Shown here one piece after another: positions 8,733 to 17,414 of a stretch of DNA of 64,000 nucleotides. Positions within the stretch are counted from its first letter, which is position 1, and every line of letters starts with the position of its first letter. The notes beneath the pieces are model-generated. The model was not told where the DNA came from, did no database searches, and saw nothing but the letters and a program-made list of their open reading frames with translations. Where the stretch lies: positions 248,001 through 312,000 of IMG/VR virus record IMGVR_UViG_3300028840_008185; one strand, 5' to 3'. A program made the position numbers and the translations under genes.

Positions 8733-9715
8733 CTTAACTCTCCTTTTAGAATAGCTGCTCTATTCTTAACATACCATTTAACCGTTTCATCGATTCCATC
8801 CTCAAAGGAAGTTTGGGCTTCAAATCCAAAATACTCTTTAGCCTTTGACACATCTAAACACCTTCTAGGTTGGCCATCCGGCATACTGGAATCCCATTCA
8901 ACTTTCCCCTTGAAATCAATTCGTTTGGAAATGATATTCGCCAACTCCTTAATTGTGATCTCTTTGCCAGATCCTAAATTGACCGGCTCATCACCATCGT
9001 ATTTCTCCATAGCATCGACTATAGCCGTTGCCGCATCTTTGACATACAAGAACTCCCTACTAGCACTTCCAGTGCCCCACAGCTCCACCTTATCCTCAGC
9101 CTCGTAAAACTTCCTAATCAGGGCTGGAATGACGTGGGAGTTTTGTAAATCAAAGTGATCATTTGGGCCATATAGATTCACGGGCATGAGAAAGATGCCA
9201 CGAAAACCCCACTGCTGCTTGTAGGTTTTAATCTGCATATAGAGCATTCTCTTTGTTAGGCCATAGGGAGCGTTAGTCTCTTCCGGGAAACCATCCCACA
9301 GGTTCTCTTCCTTAAATGGAACCGAACAATATTTTGGATACGAACAGACGCTTCCCAGCCCAACAAATTTGCGGAATTGGGGAGAAGGGAACGGCATCGC
9401 CTGCATTCTACTTTGGACATGCCAGGCAGCGTCCACAACGTTCGTATTCATGGCAAGATTTTCCCTCAAATAAGTAGCAGGGCTCGCTCTATTCGCGCCT
9501 ATTCCACCACACTTGGCAGCAGCATGAATTATGAAATTTGGTCGAACATATCTAAACACAGATTCGGTTTCAGCCTTGTCCAGCAGATTTATATCTTTTC
9601 TGCCCAATGCTATAATATCCTCATACCCTCTGTTCCTAAGCTCTTCCTGTATGTGGGTGCCCAAGAAACCAGTCGCCCCTGTTATTAGTATTCTTCGTTC
9701 ATGATAATCTGTCAT
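8729..9715 (-). CDS. fcl: GDP-L-fucose synthase
   Basis: TGATGFLG, AAKCGGIGAN, GSVCSYPK, TNAPYGLTK, NLYGPNDHFD, SHVIPALIRKF, WGTGSASREFLYV, DGQPRR; adjacent to gmd. Confidence 0.96.
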   Translation of the reverse strand: MTDYHERRILITGATGFLGTHIQEELRNRGYEDIIALGRKDINLLDKAETESVFRYVRPNFIIHAAAKCGGIGANRASPATYLRENLAMNTNVVDAAWHVQSRMQAMPFPSPQFRKFVGLGSVCSYPKYCSVPFKEENLWDGFPEETNAPYGLTKRMLYMQIKTYKQQWGFRGIFLMPVNLYGPNDHFDLQNSHVIPALIRKFYEAEDKVELWGTGSASREFLYVKDAATAIVDAMEKYDGDEPVNLGSGKEITIKELANIISKRIDFKGKVEWDSSMPDGQPRRCLDVSKAKEYFGFEAQTSFEDGIDETVKWYVKNRAAILKGELR

Positions 9716-9723
9716 TTTTCATC

Positions 9724-10416
9724 CTATTTGTGCCAAACCTGAATGTCAGGAACTGAATTCACTAACAAATCATTATCTATTTCACTTCTTGAGGCAACGA
9801 AAACCGCCCTTGTTACTGGATATTTCTTTTCTGCTTTCCAATCGAGGGGATATAGCTCTTCAAACTTGGGCTGCGTAATCGGCATATACACAAAATCCAT
9901 ATGCTTTTTCAATTGGTCAAAAACCCACCTCCTGGATGGCCGACAGGCTTCCCCACTGACGCTCTGGGTTGGGTCATATGTGAAATCTTTGCAATAGTCG
10001 ATGCTTTTGCCACTATCGTATGAAACTATAGTCTCCAAAAGCAAGAGTGAATCGCACCAATTACACATACGCTCAAGAGCACCGAACGGGTCACCAAGAT
10101 GATAGAGCAGACCGTAGGAATAAACTATGTCAAACTTCTCATCAAATTCCACATTTGGGGTGTCAACATCAAGCAAGAAGGCTCTGACGTGGGGAAATCT
10201 TTCCCCAAACACCGCCAGATTTTCTGGTCTCCCCTCTGTGCTGGTTACATCACAATCACGGTCAAGAAAAAACTGCGTGTGATCTCCAATCCCTGCGCCA
10301 AGTTCTAGAACGGTTTTGTTTGTTAAATCAAGCCCCAGGCTTGCCAGGTGCTCAAAACGCACCTTGTTTACTAGCTGGTATCGTGGGGACGTAAAAGCTT
10401 CTTTAGGATCAATCAT
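9724..10416 (-). CDS. Class I SAM-dependent methyltransferase
   Basis: VLELGAGIG, FDIVYSYGLLYHLGDP. Confidence 0.88.
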   Translation of the reverse strand: MIDPKEAFTSPRYQLVNKVRFEHLASLGLDLTNKTVLELGAGIGDHTQFFLDRDCDVTSTEGRPENLAVFGERFPHVRAFLLDVDTPNVEFDEKFDIVYSYGLLYHLGDPFGALERMCNWCDSLLLLETIVSYDSGKSIDYCKDFTYDPTQSVSGEACRPSRRWVFDQLKKHMDFVYMPITQPKFEELYPLDWKAEKKYPVTRAVFVASRSEIDNDLLVNSVPDIQVWHK

Positions 10417-11197
10417 TTAAACCTCCGTAGCCTATAATTTCGGATATGGGGCCAGCAACTCTGGCAATTTCATTCTTTCGCGATTGTGGCGCCGCTGGCC
10501 AAGGAGGCAGTGGATCACTAACAACCGTGGGGGTCTTAGAATGTTTTATAGACGTGAGTCGTTGCACAGCCGTAGGATCTGGTGCTGGAATCTGCAAGAA
10601 AGCACAAAGCTCAGCAACTCTTTTGCCCTTTATCATGTCTTCAAACTTGTATCTAAAAATTCGCTCTTCTGGAACATCTTCGAATAATTCAAGTATGCTG
10701 CTATTTACGAGTCTCCATGACCAAGCACACTTTTCTAGCTTGCTCATACTATCCCATTCATCGTAGTGTGGGTCACCTTTCCTGGGAGACGGCCACCACC
10801 ACATATTTTTCCCCGCGAACACCTCGTAGTCGAAAATGCCAGAATTATGAATGGATCTAATTTGTGTTCTTGGATCTCTCATCATATAAATGAATCTGGC
10901 GTCGGGAAAAACCTTAAAGAGTCCCTCCACGTAAAACGCAAGCATTCCATTTATTTCTCCAAAATCTTTGCCCGATTTCCACACTTCCTGGACAAGAGGA
11001 AGGCGCTCTTTTATAACAACCTCTTCGGCAGCCAACTCCCCTCTGTATACTTCCTGGTACTTGTCGAACATGGCCTTGGGGGAATCCTTGGTAATAATCT
11101 CATGATCGCAATACACAGAAGGCACCAAGTTCAAAATCTTGGCCAGAAGGTGCGTCCCACCATATCCATGACCGAAACCAAAAAATACCTTATTCAT
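10409..11197 (-). CDS. Sulfotransferase-family protein
   Basis: N-terminal FFGFGHGYGGTHLLAKILN (atypical 5'-PSB loop), HE, FPDARFIYMMRDPR..IRS (3'-PB), YKFED, LCAFL. Confidence 0.7.
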   Translation of the reverse strand: MNKVFFGFGHGYGGTHLLAKILNLVPSVYCDHEIITKDSPKAMFDKYQEVYRGELAAEEVVIKERLPLVQEVWKSGKDFGEINGMLAFYVEGLFKVFPDARFIYMMRDPRTQIRSIHNSGIFDYEVFAGKNMWWWPSPRKGDPHYDEWDSMSKLEKCAWSWRLVNSSILELFEDVPEERIFRYKFEDMIKGKRVAELCAFLQIPAPDPTAVQRLTSIKHSKTPTVVSDPLPPWPAAPQSRKNEIARVAGPISEIIGYGGLND

Positions 11198-12074
11198 TCC
11201 TTTCTCCCTCTTTTCTCAAAACGAGCTTATCCACTATGGAATCTGGGTTCCCCCACTCGTGGAAAGTATTTACTACAACCTTTCTCTCTTGCAGATTTTT
11301 CCGCATTATCCCTAAATTATGAGACTTCAGGACATTCCAATCAGGCGTAAACCTAACGCTATGATTGTCGGTCTTGTCCGGTATGCTGTGGTCCTGGTGT
11401 ATGCCGACCATACGATGCTCAAAGACGGGCTGAACGCCAGACATTCTCATCCTGTTGGCAAAGTCATCGTCTTCTCCACATATCCCGCCCAAAAACCTTT
11501 CATCTACTCCGCGCATGCGCAGGACGTATTCCCTTTTAACAGCCATAAAGAACCAGTATGCTGGCGGGTGCGGCGGGCGCGTCAGACAGTCAACCTTCGC
11601 TCCGGGATACTCCAATATTTCAACAAAGGGCCTGCTCTTCCATTCATCATTTTTGCTCATGTGATCATTAAACAGAGAGCTGCTTAAATACACCAAACCG
11701 TAAGCACACTGTTGTCTATTGACCATAGTTGAAGCAACAGCCAGGTTGTTTTCAGCTTGCAGGATCTCAGGTCCCGTGATGACCGCGACATCTCCAAGCG
11801 CACATCTAAAGCCAACATTATTGGTCAGGGCTGGAGTGAATGATTTAACATCGTAGAAGCTCTTGTTCTGATCCACCCAAATATACTGAAAATTAATTCC
11901 ACTTTCCTCGTGATACTTTTTGCACAAATAAAGCAAATCGTCGCGCTTGGCGTCATCCACCATCACAATTTCAAAATCATCTTTGGACAAAGTTTGTTTA
12001 GCATAGGTATGAAGCGCCCTGTCGAACAGTTTTTCTCTATTATCACATGCAGATATTACCACCGAAACTTTCAT
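11190..12074 (-). CDS. Glycosyltransferase family 2 with GT7-like C-terminal region
   Basis: VSVVIS, FEIVMVDD, NVG, GVDERFLGGICGEDDDFANR, HQDH. Confidence 0.88.
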   Translation of the reverse strand: MKVSVVISACDNREKLFDRALHTYAKQTLSKDDFEIVMVDDAKRDDLLYLCKKYHEESGINFQYIWVDQNKSFYDVKSFTPALTNNVGFRCALGDVAVITGPEILQAENNLAVASTMVNRQQCAYGLVYLSSSLFNDHMSKNDEWKSRPFVEILEYPGAKVDCLTRPPHPPAYWFFMAVKREYVLRMRGVDERFLGGICGEDDDFANRMRMSGVQPVFEHRMVGIHQDHSIPDKTDNHSVRFTPDWNVLKSHNLGIMRKNLQERKVVVNTFHEWGNPDSIVDKLVLRKEGERNE

Positions 12075-12712
12075 CCATTCACCTTAGGGGCGCACACAAA
12101 GATACTTGACGTGCCGAAATGTTTTCTAAACCAATTGTTTTCACTCATAAATTTGGGCAAATACTTGAAAGATTTGGGCATCCTTCTTCCCGTATCCTTT
12201 ATAATACGGAGATTCGATTTACCTATGAGCTTTTTCCAACGCCTATGATACATAAAGCGCTCATCCCCATACTCCTTTGTCTTGTCCCACCTTCGGGCGT
12301 TTGGAATATCAAAAATGACTTTTTTGCCCACACGGGCAGACTCGTTCAAAAGTTTGATAATATCCTCATCACTGAAGTGCTCTAAGAAACCTTGGTGAAA
12401 AATACAATCTATGCTGCCATCACCATAAGGCATGTCGAATGCGTCAACTTTTTCCACCATAAGCTCTGGCATCTTTTCCTCGATGTCTTCGAGTAACTCA
12501 TCCTCTATGTCCGATGCCGTTACGTTGTCTCTACCACTGTATAGCAGGACTAGTGATGTATAACCGCTCCCAGATGCTATTTCCAGCAACGAGTCACCCT
12601 TCTTGGTGTTTTTCAAAATCTCATTGATGTAATGTTCCTGGATTAGAACAGTCCTAAAGACTGTGAACTTGTCAAAAAAGCCCTTCCACTTTCCTATTTC
12701 AGCCAATTTCAT
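12071..12712 (-). CDS. Class I SAM-dependent methyltransferase
   Basis: LLEIASGSG, ASDI, DAFDMPY, IDCIFHQGFLEHF. Confidence 0.9.
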   Translation of the reverse strand: MKLAEIGKWKGFFDKFTVFRTVLIQEHYINEILKNTKKGDSLLEIASGSGYTSLVLLYSGRDNVTASDIEDELLEDIEEKMPELMVEKVDAFDMPYGDGSIDCIFHQGFLEHFSDEDIIKLLNESARVGKKVIFDIPNARRWDKTKEYGDERFMYHRRWKKLIGKSNLRIIKDTGRRMPKSFKYLPKFMSENNWFRKHFGTSSIFVCAPKVNG

Positions 12713-12747
12713 GTCTATGCTCCTTTCATTTTTGCATTATTTTTTTC

Positions 12748-13740
12748 CTAACCTTGCGTTTTTTGGATTCCTTTTTTTGGATTCCTTTTTTTGGGACTCC
12801 TTTTTTTGGATTCTTTTTTTGGATTCTTTTTTTGGACTAGTTTTTTAATCCCGTCGCCCTTAATAAACCTTAGACACTCTTTTAGACAAAAATCGGGGAC
12901 ACCTCCATTCATTATATTCCATCTAAAATCTCTGCACCTTTTGCTGTTCCAAATAGTTAATACTTCTTGGTTTAAAATGTTTCCCATTCTGCCCTTGGCA
13001 TTATAATCAAAACAGCACGGACCCACAGTTCCATCGGAAAATATCACAAGGCGGTGCCGAAGCTCACAGTCCTTTATAGCGTTATGGACACTCGTAAGGT
13101 TGTCGCAACGCACCCGCTTAAACTCTGGAAGGCTAGATTCTTCTAGATTGTTACTCACGAAGATTGGAGTAATAAGGGCGCTTTCTGCGCCAATCTCCTT
13201 GCACTTTGCTTCAAAATCTTCAATTTGATCTTGGTTGTGTTTGAAAACTATAAACTGTCCCACAATTTTTGCATTACTTTCATATTTATCTCTAAAATGA
13301 ACCAAATGCCTTAATGAATCAAAGGCTTTCTCTAAGCTACCGCCAACACGAAGTTTTTCATATACCTCCTGCGTCGTTCCGTCTATGGCTATTCTTATGT
13401 CGTCCGTCCCAGCCGCTATTATTTTTTCGGCCATGTCCGCATCAATTAAGTTGCCGTTGCTGGAAATACCCACCTCCGCGAATTCTTTTGTGTATTTTAT
13501 CATTTCTATCAAGTCTTTGTTAAGAGTTGGCTCACCCCATATGTAGACGTAAACTCTTTTCGCATAGGGTCGGAGTTTATCGGCTATTTTTTTATATGTT
13601 TCTAGGGACATATGCCCCTTTTTTCTGTCAATGAGGTCCGTACCTAGAGCACACTCAGAGCAACTGAGATTACAGCCTAGGCTTATTTCAACGTAAAATA
13701 TACTCGGAAGTATTTTTTTAAAGCGTCCTTTAGGGATCAT
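12748..13740 (-). CDS. Radical SAM protein with SPASM/twitch domain
   Basis: CNLSCSEC (CxxxCxxC), WGEPTL, SSNG, AIDG, C-terminal C...IFSDGTVGPCCFD...GN...W...CLKEC. Confidence 0.92.
   Translation of the reverse strand: MIPKGRFKKILPSIFYVEISLGCNLSCSECALGTDLIDRKKGHMSLETYKKIADKLRPYAKRVYVYIWGEPTLNKDLIEMIKYTKEFAEVGISSNGNLIDADMAEKIIAAGTDDIRIAIDGTTQEVYEKLRVGGSLEKAFDSLRHLVHFRDKYESNAKIVGQFIVFKHNQDQIEDFEAKCKEIGAESALITPIFVSNNLEESSLPEFKRVRCDNLTSVHNAIKDCELRHRLVIFSDGTVGPCCFDYNAKGRMGNILNQEVLTIWNSKRCRDFRWNIMNGGVPDFCLKECLRFIKGDGIKKLVQKKNPKKESKKRSPKKRNPKKGIQKTQG
12759..12837. repeat. Six imperfect tandem units of T6-7GGA(T/C)TC(C), 13-15 nt each, in the 3' end of the radical SAM gene
   Basis: Plus strand: ttttttggattcc / tttttttggattcc / tttttttgggactcc / tttttttggattc / tttttttggattc / tttttttggac. 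Confidence 0.9.
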
Positions 13741-13758
13741 AAATTTTGGTCCTCTCCC

Positions 13759-14718
13759 TTAGCTGTTCAAAAGTTTCTTCCCAAATTCCATCGTGATTTC
13801 ACCGCCCTCGCTCGTCAATAATAATTTGCGATCAGGGCACACAACCACAACTAGATCGAACTTATTCCATGCGGCTCTGGGCGCAGCATCTATAAGATTT
13901 ACGTAACTCAATTTGTCCGATATGTTTTTAGAACTTTCACTCTTAAGGACATGAAAATTCATATTTTTATAATGCTTATGCACCGATTCAACGGCAGCAA
14001 TTAGCATCTCCTCGGGAGGGTTATTAACTGGTATAAATGCCGTCACCGGATACATGTATTCAGATCTCACACCATACCTGCGAAAGTATATGATTTGGAA
14101 TTTTTGTGCGTGGCCCTGAGACCTGTAAGCTTCTACATTGCCACTTTTAAGGCTGTCCCTGCAATCCAGATGGTCTATTTTAGCGCCAGGGCAATTTACA
14201 ATTTTTCCTCCAAGCCGCAAAATCCTGGCATCAAATTCATTGTCTTGGCCATAATAGGGAAAATCAGTGTTCCAGTAATTCATTGTTTTCATGGTCTCAT
14301 TGAGAACACAGCCTATAAGTGGAGAGGGAAACCCTCTAATCGCACCATCTCCCTGTGTGGAAAAGCCGCCCATATCTTTTGGCCCAAGTTTTTGCATAAG
14401 GTCGTGCATTAGAGTGAGTGAGTTTCCAAGAGGCACGGTGTCATCGCTTAGCCAAGTGATATACTTTCCTGAAGCCTTCTTAAACCCCTCGTTGTAAGCG
14501 TGGGTAATGTTGGTCTTTTTGCCGCTAAATATGGGTACAACATTTCTGGTTTTTCGCACCTGTTCCAACCACTCAATAGTGCCATCGGTTGAGCCGGCAT
14601 CATTTATAACCATTTCTATAGACATGTTCGGAGTACTCAGTACCTTTTGCACTACTTTTTGCAAAAGCTCCAGCCTATTACATGTTCCCATTACAACACT
14701 TAAATCTGAATTCGACAC
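13759..14718 (-). CDS. Glycosyltransferase family 2
   Basis: LSVVMGTCNR, INDAGSTDGT, YNEG, WLSDD, YGQDNEF; GTG start with GGGAG RBS. Confidence 0.9.
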   Translation of the reverse strand: MSNSDLSVVMGTCNRLELLQKVVQKVLSTPNMSIEMVINDAGSTDGTIEWLEQVRKTRNVVPIFSGKKTNITHAYNEGFKKASGKYITWLSDDTVPLGNSLTLMHDLMQKLGPKDMGGFSTQGDGAIRGFPSPLIGCVLNETMKTMNYWNTDFPYYGQDNEFDARILRLGGKIVNCPGAKIDHLDCRDSLKSGNVEAYRSQGHAQKFQIIYFRRYGVRSEYMYPVTAFIPVNNPPEEMLIAAVESVHKHYKNMNFHVLKSESSKNISDKLSYVNLIDAAPRAAWNKFDLVVVVCPDRKLLLTSEGGEITMEFGKKLLNS

Positions 14719-14739
14719 GATTACTCCCTTATTTGTTTA

Positions 14740-16812
14740 TCACCCAGCATTTGCTTTCTCAATTACCAATTGAACTTCTTCTATAATGTCTCTTCTATCC
14801 TTCTTTTCTAAAAACTTATCGGCGTAGAGACGAACGACCCGCACATCATCTTCCATTTCTGGTTGCGGCTTGCGAACTATTATATAGTCAAAAAGGCCAA
14901 ACTTATCTAGCGCTGCTTTGCCAAGAGCATCAGAAAAGCAAGTGAATACCATATCGGGCATTCTACGTCGCAGGGTAACAAGCCTATCATGAAGTCGTTT
15001 CACCAAGGCTGAATCAACATAAAGTAAGTCGGGTTGATACTCAGCCACTCGCTTGACTACGTGCGAGTTACAAAATATGCCTTGAAAATCTACGTTGGCG
15101 AAAGAAATTCGGTGCTCATACCTTCTGTCCGTTGATTCTTCAACAATTCCCATAACCCTATATTTTCTTTCCTTTGTGCGAAGCAGGCGGTGCTCCGCAA
15201 TCTCTTCATCAGAGGCCTCCTCCACCATGCCGATCCTTATAGCAAGTTCTTTTACTCGTCTGTAATCAGAATGTTGTTCTATAACTTTTGCAGCGCCCCT
15301 CTTGCCCATTTCAGCAGCTTCAACGGGGTTATTGAGATAGTGTCCAACAAGTCTTTTACACTCACTTAAATCTTTAAACCAAGCAACATCCTTTCCATTT
15401 TCAAAATACTTTTCTAGCCCTGGTATATAGTGACAAACCACCGGAGTCCCAGACGCCATAGTGATTAGTTGTCTATCAGAAAAATACATTGGTATGTTAT
15501 TAAAATGGTTTACATTAATAGCAACTTCTGCGGCATTATATACCTCGTTTTGCGTGTAGTATCCGATAGCTCCTCTGCAAGAATTAGTTCTTTTCCAGCC
15601 AGACCCGTAAAGTGCAAATCTATTCCCGAAAGTATTATAAAGTTCGCACACTATTTTTTTTCTCAGGTTGCTGTCAGGAAAATGGCTTGAGCACAAGGCA
15701 CAGAACACCACATCATGATCGTATTTTGCACGAAGACTGGCTCTTTTTTCTTTGCTTAATGGTAGAAACTTTTCGGTATTTACGCCTATCTGCCAGTAAT
15801 CTACATTGGGACACCCTGCATTTCTATACAGTTTTACTTGCCCCTCACTACTAAGCAACGAAAAATCCACCTGTTTGCCAATATCAATGAAATATGGGTT
15901 AACGGTTGCCCTTACATCCCCAGTCCAATTTGTTATTATTACATCGGGCAACACCCTCCTAATGTCATTTATAACGCTCGCCGGAATCATACCAGTAAAC
16001 TGAAGCTGCATATGAATCCAATCGGGCCCAAAAGTGTGACATATGTTCTTTAGAGTCTCACTTGTCTGAGCGGCGCCGTGTCTTGCAAAAAAATTACGAA
16101 AATCGAAAGTATATAAATCAAAACCATTTTTTATAAAGGCGTTTTCCATGCCTGTTTGAAATATACTTATGTTATTGGCTGGTAAATACAGCACCTTCTT
16201 GCCACCCTCGTTGACCTTGTGATTTTTAGAAACAACGAGGCCTACTGGCGGAATTGGAAGTTTTGACTTTGATTTTCTTCTCTTAGGGTTCCTAGGAGGT
16301 CTAGCCTTCCTATCTCTTACTCTTTTCGATCTGGGTTTCTTAGGATTCACCCTTTTGGGAGGGGGAGGAGGGGGAGCGACAGAATCAGTCGAAACCAATT
16401 TAGCTGTGGTCTGTGGCTTTACCTTCTCGCCCTTAACAAGTTCGACTTTAACCTTCCTAATCAACATCGTGCCGGTTCCTTTAGACCCTCTCCACACCCT
16501 GAAGGTCATTGGAACGGTTGGCGGAAAACGCCCGGTGACAACATCTATACTATATGTTGACCACTCACCCCTATCACATGTTATTTCTGAGGCGGCAAAG
16601 TCGAAATTCTTGTTGCCATATATATTACAACGCACGATGCCGTTTCCACTTTCTCTGCATAGCTCTATAGTCAAGTTGTATACAGCCTTTGGAAGAACGT
16701 TGACTGGGATATACAACATTGACTTAGGGCCTATCATTGCTGTATATTTGCCGCCCCCATCCTTACGAGTCTGAATATCTCTTCCTCTCCAAGAAGGTTG
16801 TAGTATTTCCAT
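14740..16812 (-). CDS. Multidomain glycosyltransferase: CBM-like N-terminal domain, Pro/Lys/Arg linker and CgeB-like GT-B domain
   Basis: WTGDVR, LYGSGW, YNAAEVAINVNHF...YFSDRQL...MASG, PGLEKYFENG are CgeB-type GT motifs. The N-terminal ~130 aa are beta-rich (galactose-binding-like), followed by PPPPPP and a basic linker. Confidence 0.8.
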   Translation of the reverse strand: MEILQPSWRGRDIQTRKDGGGKYTAMIGPKSMLYIPVNVLPKAVYNLTIELCRESGNGIVRCNIYGNKNFDFAASEITCDRGEWSTYSIDVVTGRFPPTVPMTFRVWRGSKGTGTMLIRKVKVELVKGEKVKPQTTAKLVSTDSVAPPPPPPKRVNPKKPRSKRVRDRKARPPRNPKRRKSKSKLPIPPVGLVVSKNHKVNEGGKKVLYLPANNISIFQTGMENAFIKNGFDLYTFDFRNFFARHGAAQTSETLKNICHTFGPDWIHMQLQFTGMIPASVINDIRRVLPDVIITNWTGDVRATVNPYFIDIGKQVDFSLLSSEGQVKLYRNAGCPNVDYWQIGVNTEKFLPLSKEKRASLRAKYDHDVVFCALCSSHFPDSNLRKKIVCELYNTFGNRFALYGSGWKRTNSCRGAIGYYTQNEVYNAAEVAINVNHFNNIPMYFSDRQLITMASGTPVVCHYIPGLEKYFENGKDVAWFKDLSECKRLVGHYLNNPVEAAEMGKRGAAKVIEQHSDYRRVKELAIRIGMVEEASDEEIAEHRLLRTKERKYRVMGIVEESTDRRYEHRISFANVDFQGIFCNSHVVKRVAEYQPDLLYVDSALVKRLHDRLVTLRRRMPDMVFTCFSDALGKAALDKFGLFDYIIVRKPQPEMEDDVRVVRLYADKFLEKKDRRDIIEEVQLVIEKANAG

Positions 16813-16846
16813 ATTTATTTGACCTCTCTAGGTGGTATATTTGCCT

Positions 16847-17410
16847 TTATACTTTATAGCATTTTAGGTGTATAGCTGGATAAAAATTGATATTCTCTAG
16901 TTCTTCAAAGGACGCGAAACCATGCACAAATAATAAATCCTCTAAAGTTTGACGCGTATATCCACAATAATGATGATCCCACTTGGTTCTTTGTGTTCCG
17001 TGTATACAACGTATATACCATTCGTCATCGAATTCTGGAGATTCAATCCACTCCTTGGCAAATCCCTTCAGATCGGGAACTGCCACATAAAGCGAGCCAT
17101 GCTGTTTAAGAACTCTGTGCATCTCTTTAATATTTTTGTGTACTTCATATTGGGGGATGTGCTCCAAAACATGCAAAACTATTATCTCATCGACCTCACC
17201 ATCTTCGTAAGGAAGTTTTTCAATCTCTGCTCGAACGTCGGACACGACATACGTGGGCGACTCGCCCCAGTCATGTTTGTAATAGTTGTCCAGAGTTGTT
17301 TTATTATCCTCAAAATCCAAATTGTCGTTTGCTATAAAATCGGGAGCAGCATCTATATTTACGAACCCCTCAAGATATATAGTTCCACAACCTAGATGCA
17401 ATCTTAACAT
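16847..17410 (-). CDS. SAM-dependent methyltransferase (type 11-like)
   Basis: RLHLGCG, FVNID, LPYEDGEVDEI, HVLEHI, RVLKQHG, VPD. Confidence 0.9.
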   Translation of the reverse strand: MLRLHLGCGTIYLEGFVNIDAAPDFIANDNLDFEDNKTTLDNYYKHDWGESPTYVVSDVRAEIEKLPYEDGEVDEIIVLHVLEHIPQYEVHKNIKEMHRVLKQHGSLYVAVPDLKGFAKEWIESPEFDDEWYIRCIHGTQRTKWDHHYCGYTRQTLEDLLFVHGFASFEELENINFYPAIHLKCYKV

Positions 17411-17414
17411 AGAT

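Noticed and set aside
12759-12837. Possible CRISPR array or iteron set
   Set aside because: Units are 13-15 nt, directly adjacent with no unique spacers, and lie within a coding region; no cas genes are present.
12748-13740. Radical SAM enzyme as a RiPP maturase with a dedicated precursor peptide
   Set aside because: No short precursor ORF or RRE/PqqD-like domain is evident, and the gene sits among sugar-modifying enzymes. A sugar-tailoring role is more parsimonious, though action on Tyr motifs is not excluded.
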